From NCBI RefSeq assembly GCF_963506605.1, contig NC_083287.1:27652001-27716000 (forward strand): a stretch of 64,000 bases of DNA, given 5' to 3'. Source of the stretch: Zootoca vivipara. Its lineage: Eukaryota. The position numbers and the translations under genes were made by a program. Below the pieces are notes generated by a model, which saw only the letters and a list, made by a program, of their open reading frames with translations, was not told where the DNA came from and did no database searches. Shown piece by piece: positions 63,599-64,000 of the stretch. Position 1 is the first letter of the stretch, and every line of letters starts with the position of its first letter.

Positions 63599-64000
63599 CA
63601 TATAGTGAAAGACGATCTGCAAAAGCTTTCAAGTCTAATTGGGATTGGGAGACTGGGATTGAATGGCACAGAATATTGACTAGGCTATTTATTTTTTTCT
63701 GTTTGTCGAATTAATCCTCAAAGAACAGTGAGGGTAAGGAAGGTGACAGAAAAGGTGCTCCTGGTCTTGAGTTCCTTCGGCAGACTTGATGCCCAGCATT
63801 CTTGTCTCCTATTGTGCCTGCCAAATTCCTTCAGCCGTTATGGGAATAGGACCTAGGCTTCAAATGTAAGCCTTTGAAAACTCGGGGAAGTGAAATCTGG
63901 TTGTCCGATCTGCTACCCATCTGCCTGGACCACCATCTGCTCAAATATTGCTGAAGACCAGAATGTACTGGTCACAAGGGGGTGGGAAAAACCAAGGGAT

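Overview
Vertebrate genomic DNA, most likely from a lacertid lizard (inferred from the Sauria SINEs, BovB, and a tRNA-Lys/CR1-tail SINE like the Podarcis P.s.1/SINE). The window holds the 5' half of DGKB (diacylglycerol kinase beta) on the + strand. Thirteen GT-AG coding exons (14261-58807, 1161 nt, 387 codons) encode the N-terminal domain, two EF-hands and C1A/C1B; they include a 21-nt microexon and a 33-nt mini-exon. The catalytic exons lie beyond the window. Introns are dense with transposons: 136-bp hAT MITEs, Tc1/Tigger/Tc2-type MITEs, Sauria SINEs, tRNA-headed SINEs, and CR1, L2, BovB, RTE-X-like and L1 fragments. The most striking structure is a young Penelope-like insertion (22701-24117) nested in a Sauria SINE that itself appears to sit in a CR1. 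It has 264-bp inverted arms, each carrying a minimal hammerhead ribozyme (one on the DGKB pre-mRNA strand), around an unbroken GIY-YIG endonuclease frame that gains in-frame ATGs from the inverted arm. Three N gaps are present. All homology statements come from recall; no searches were run.
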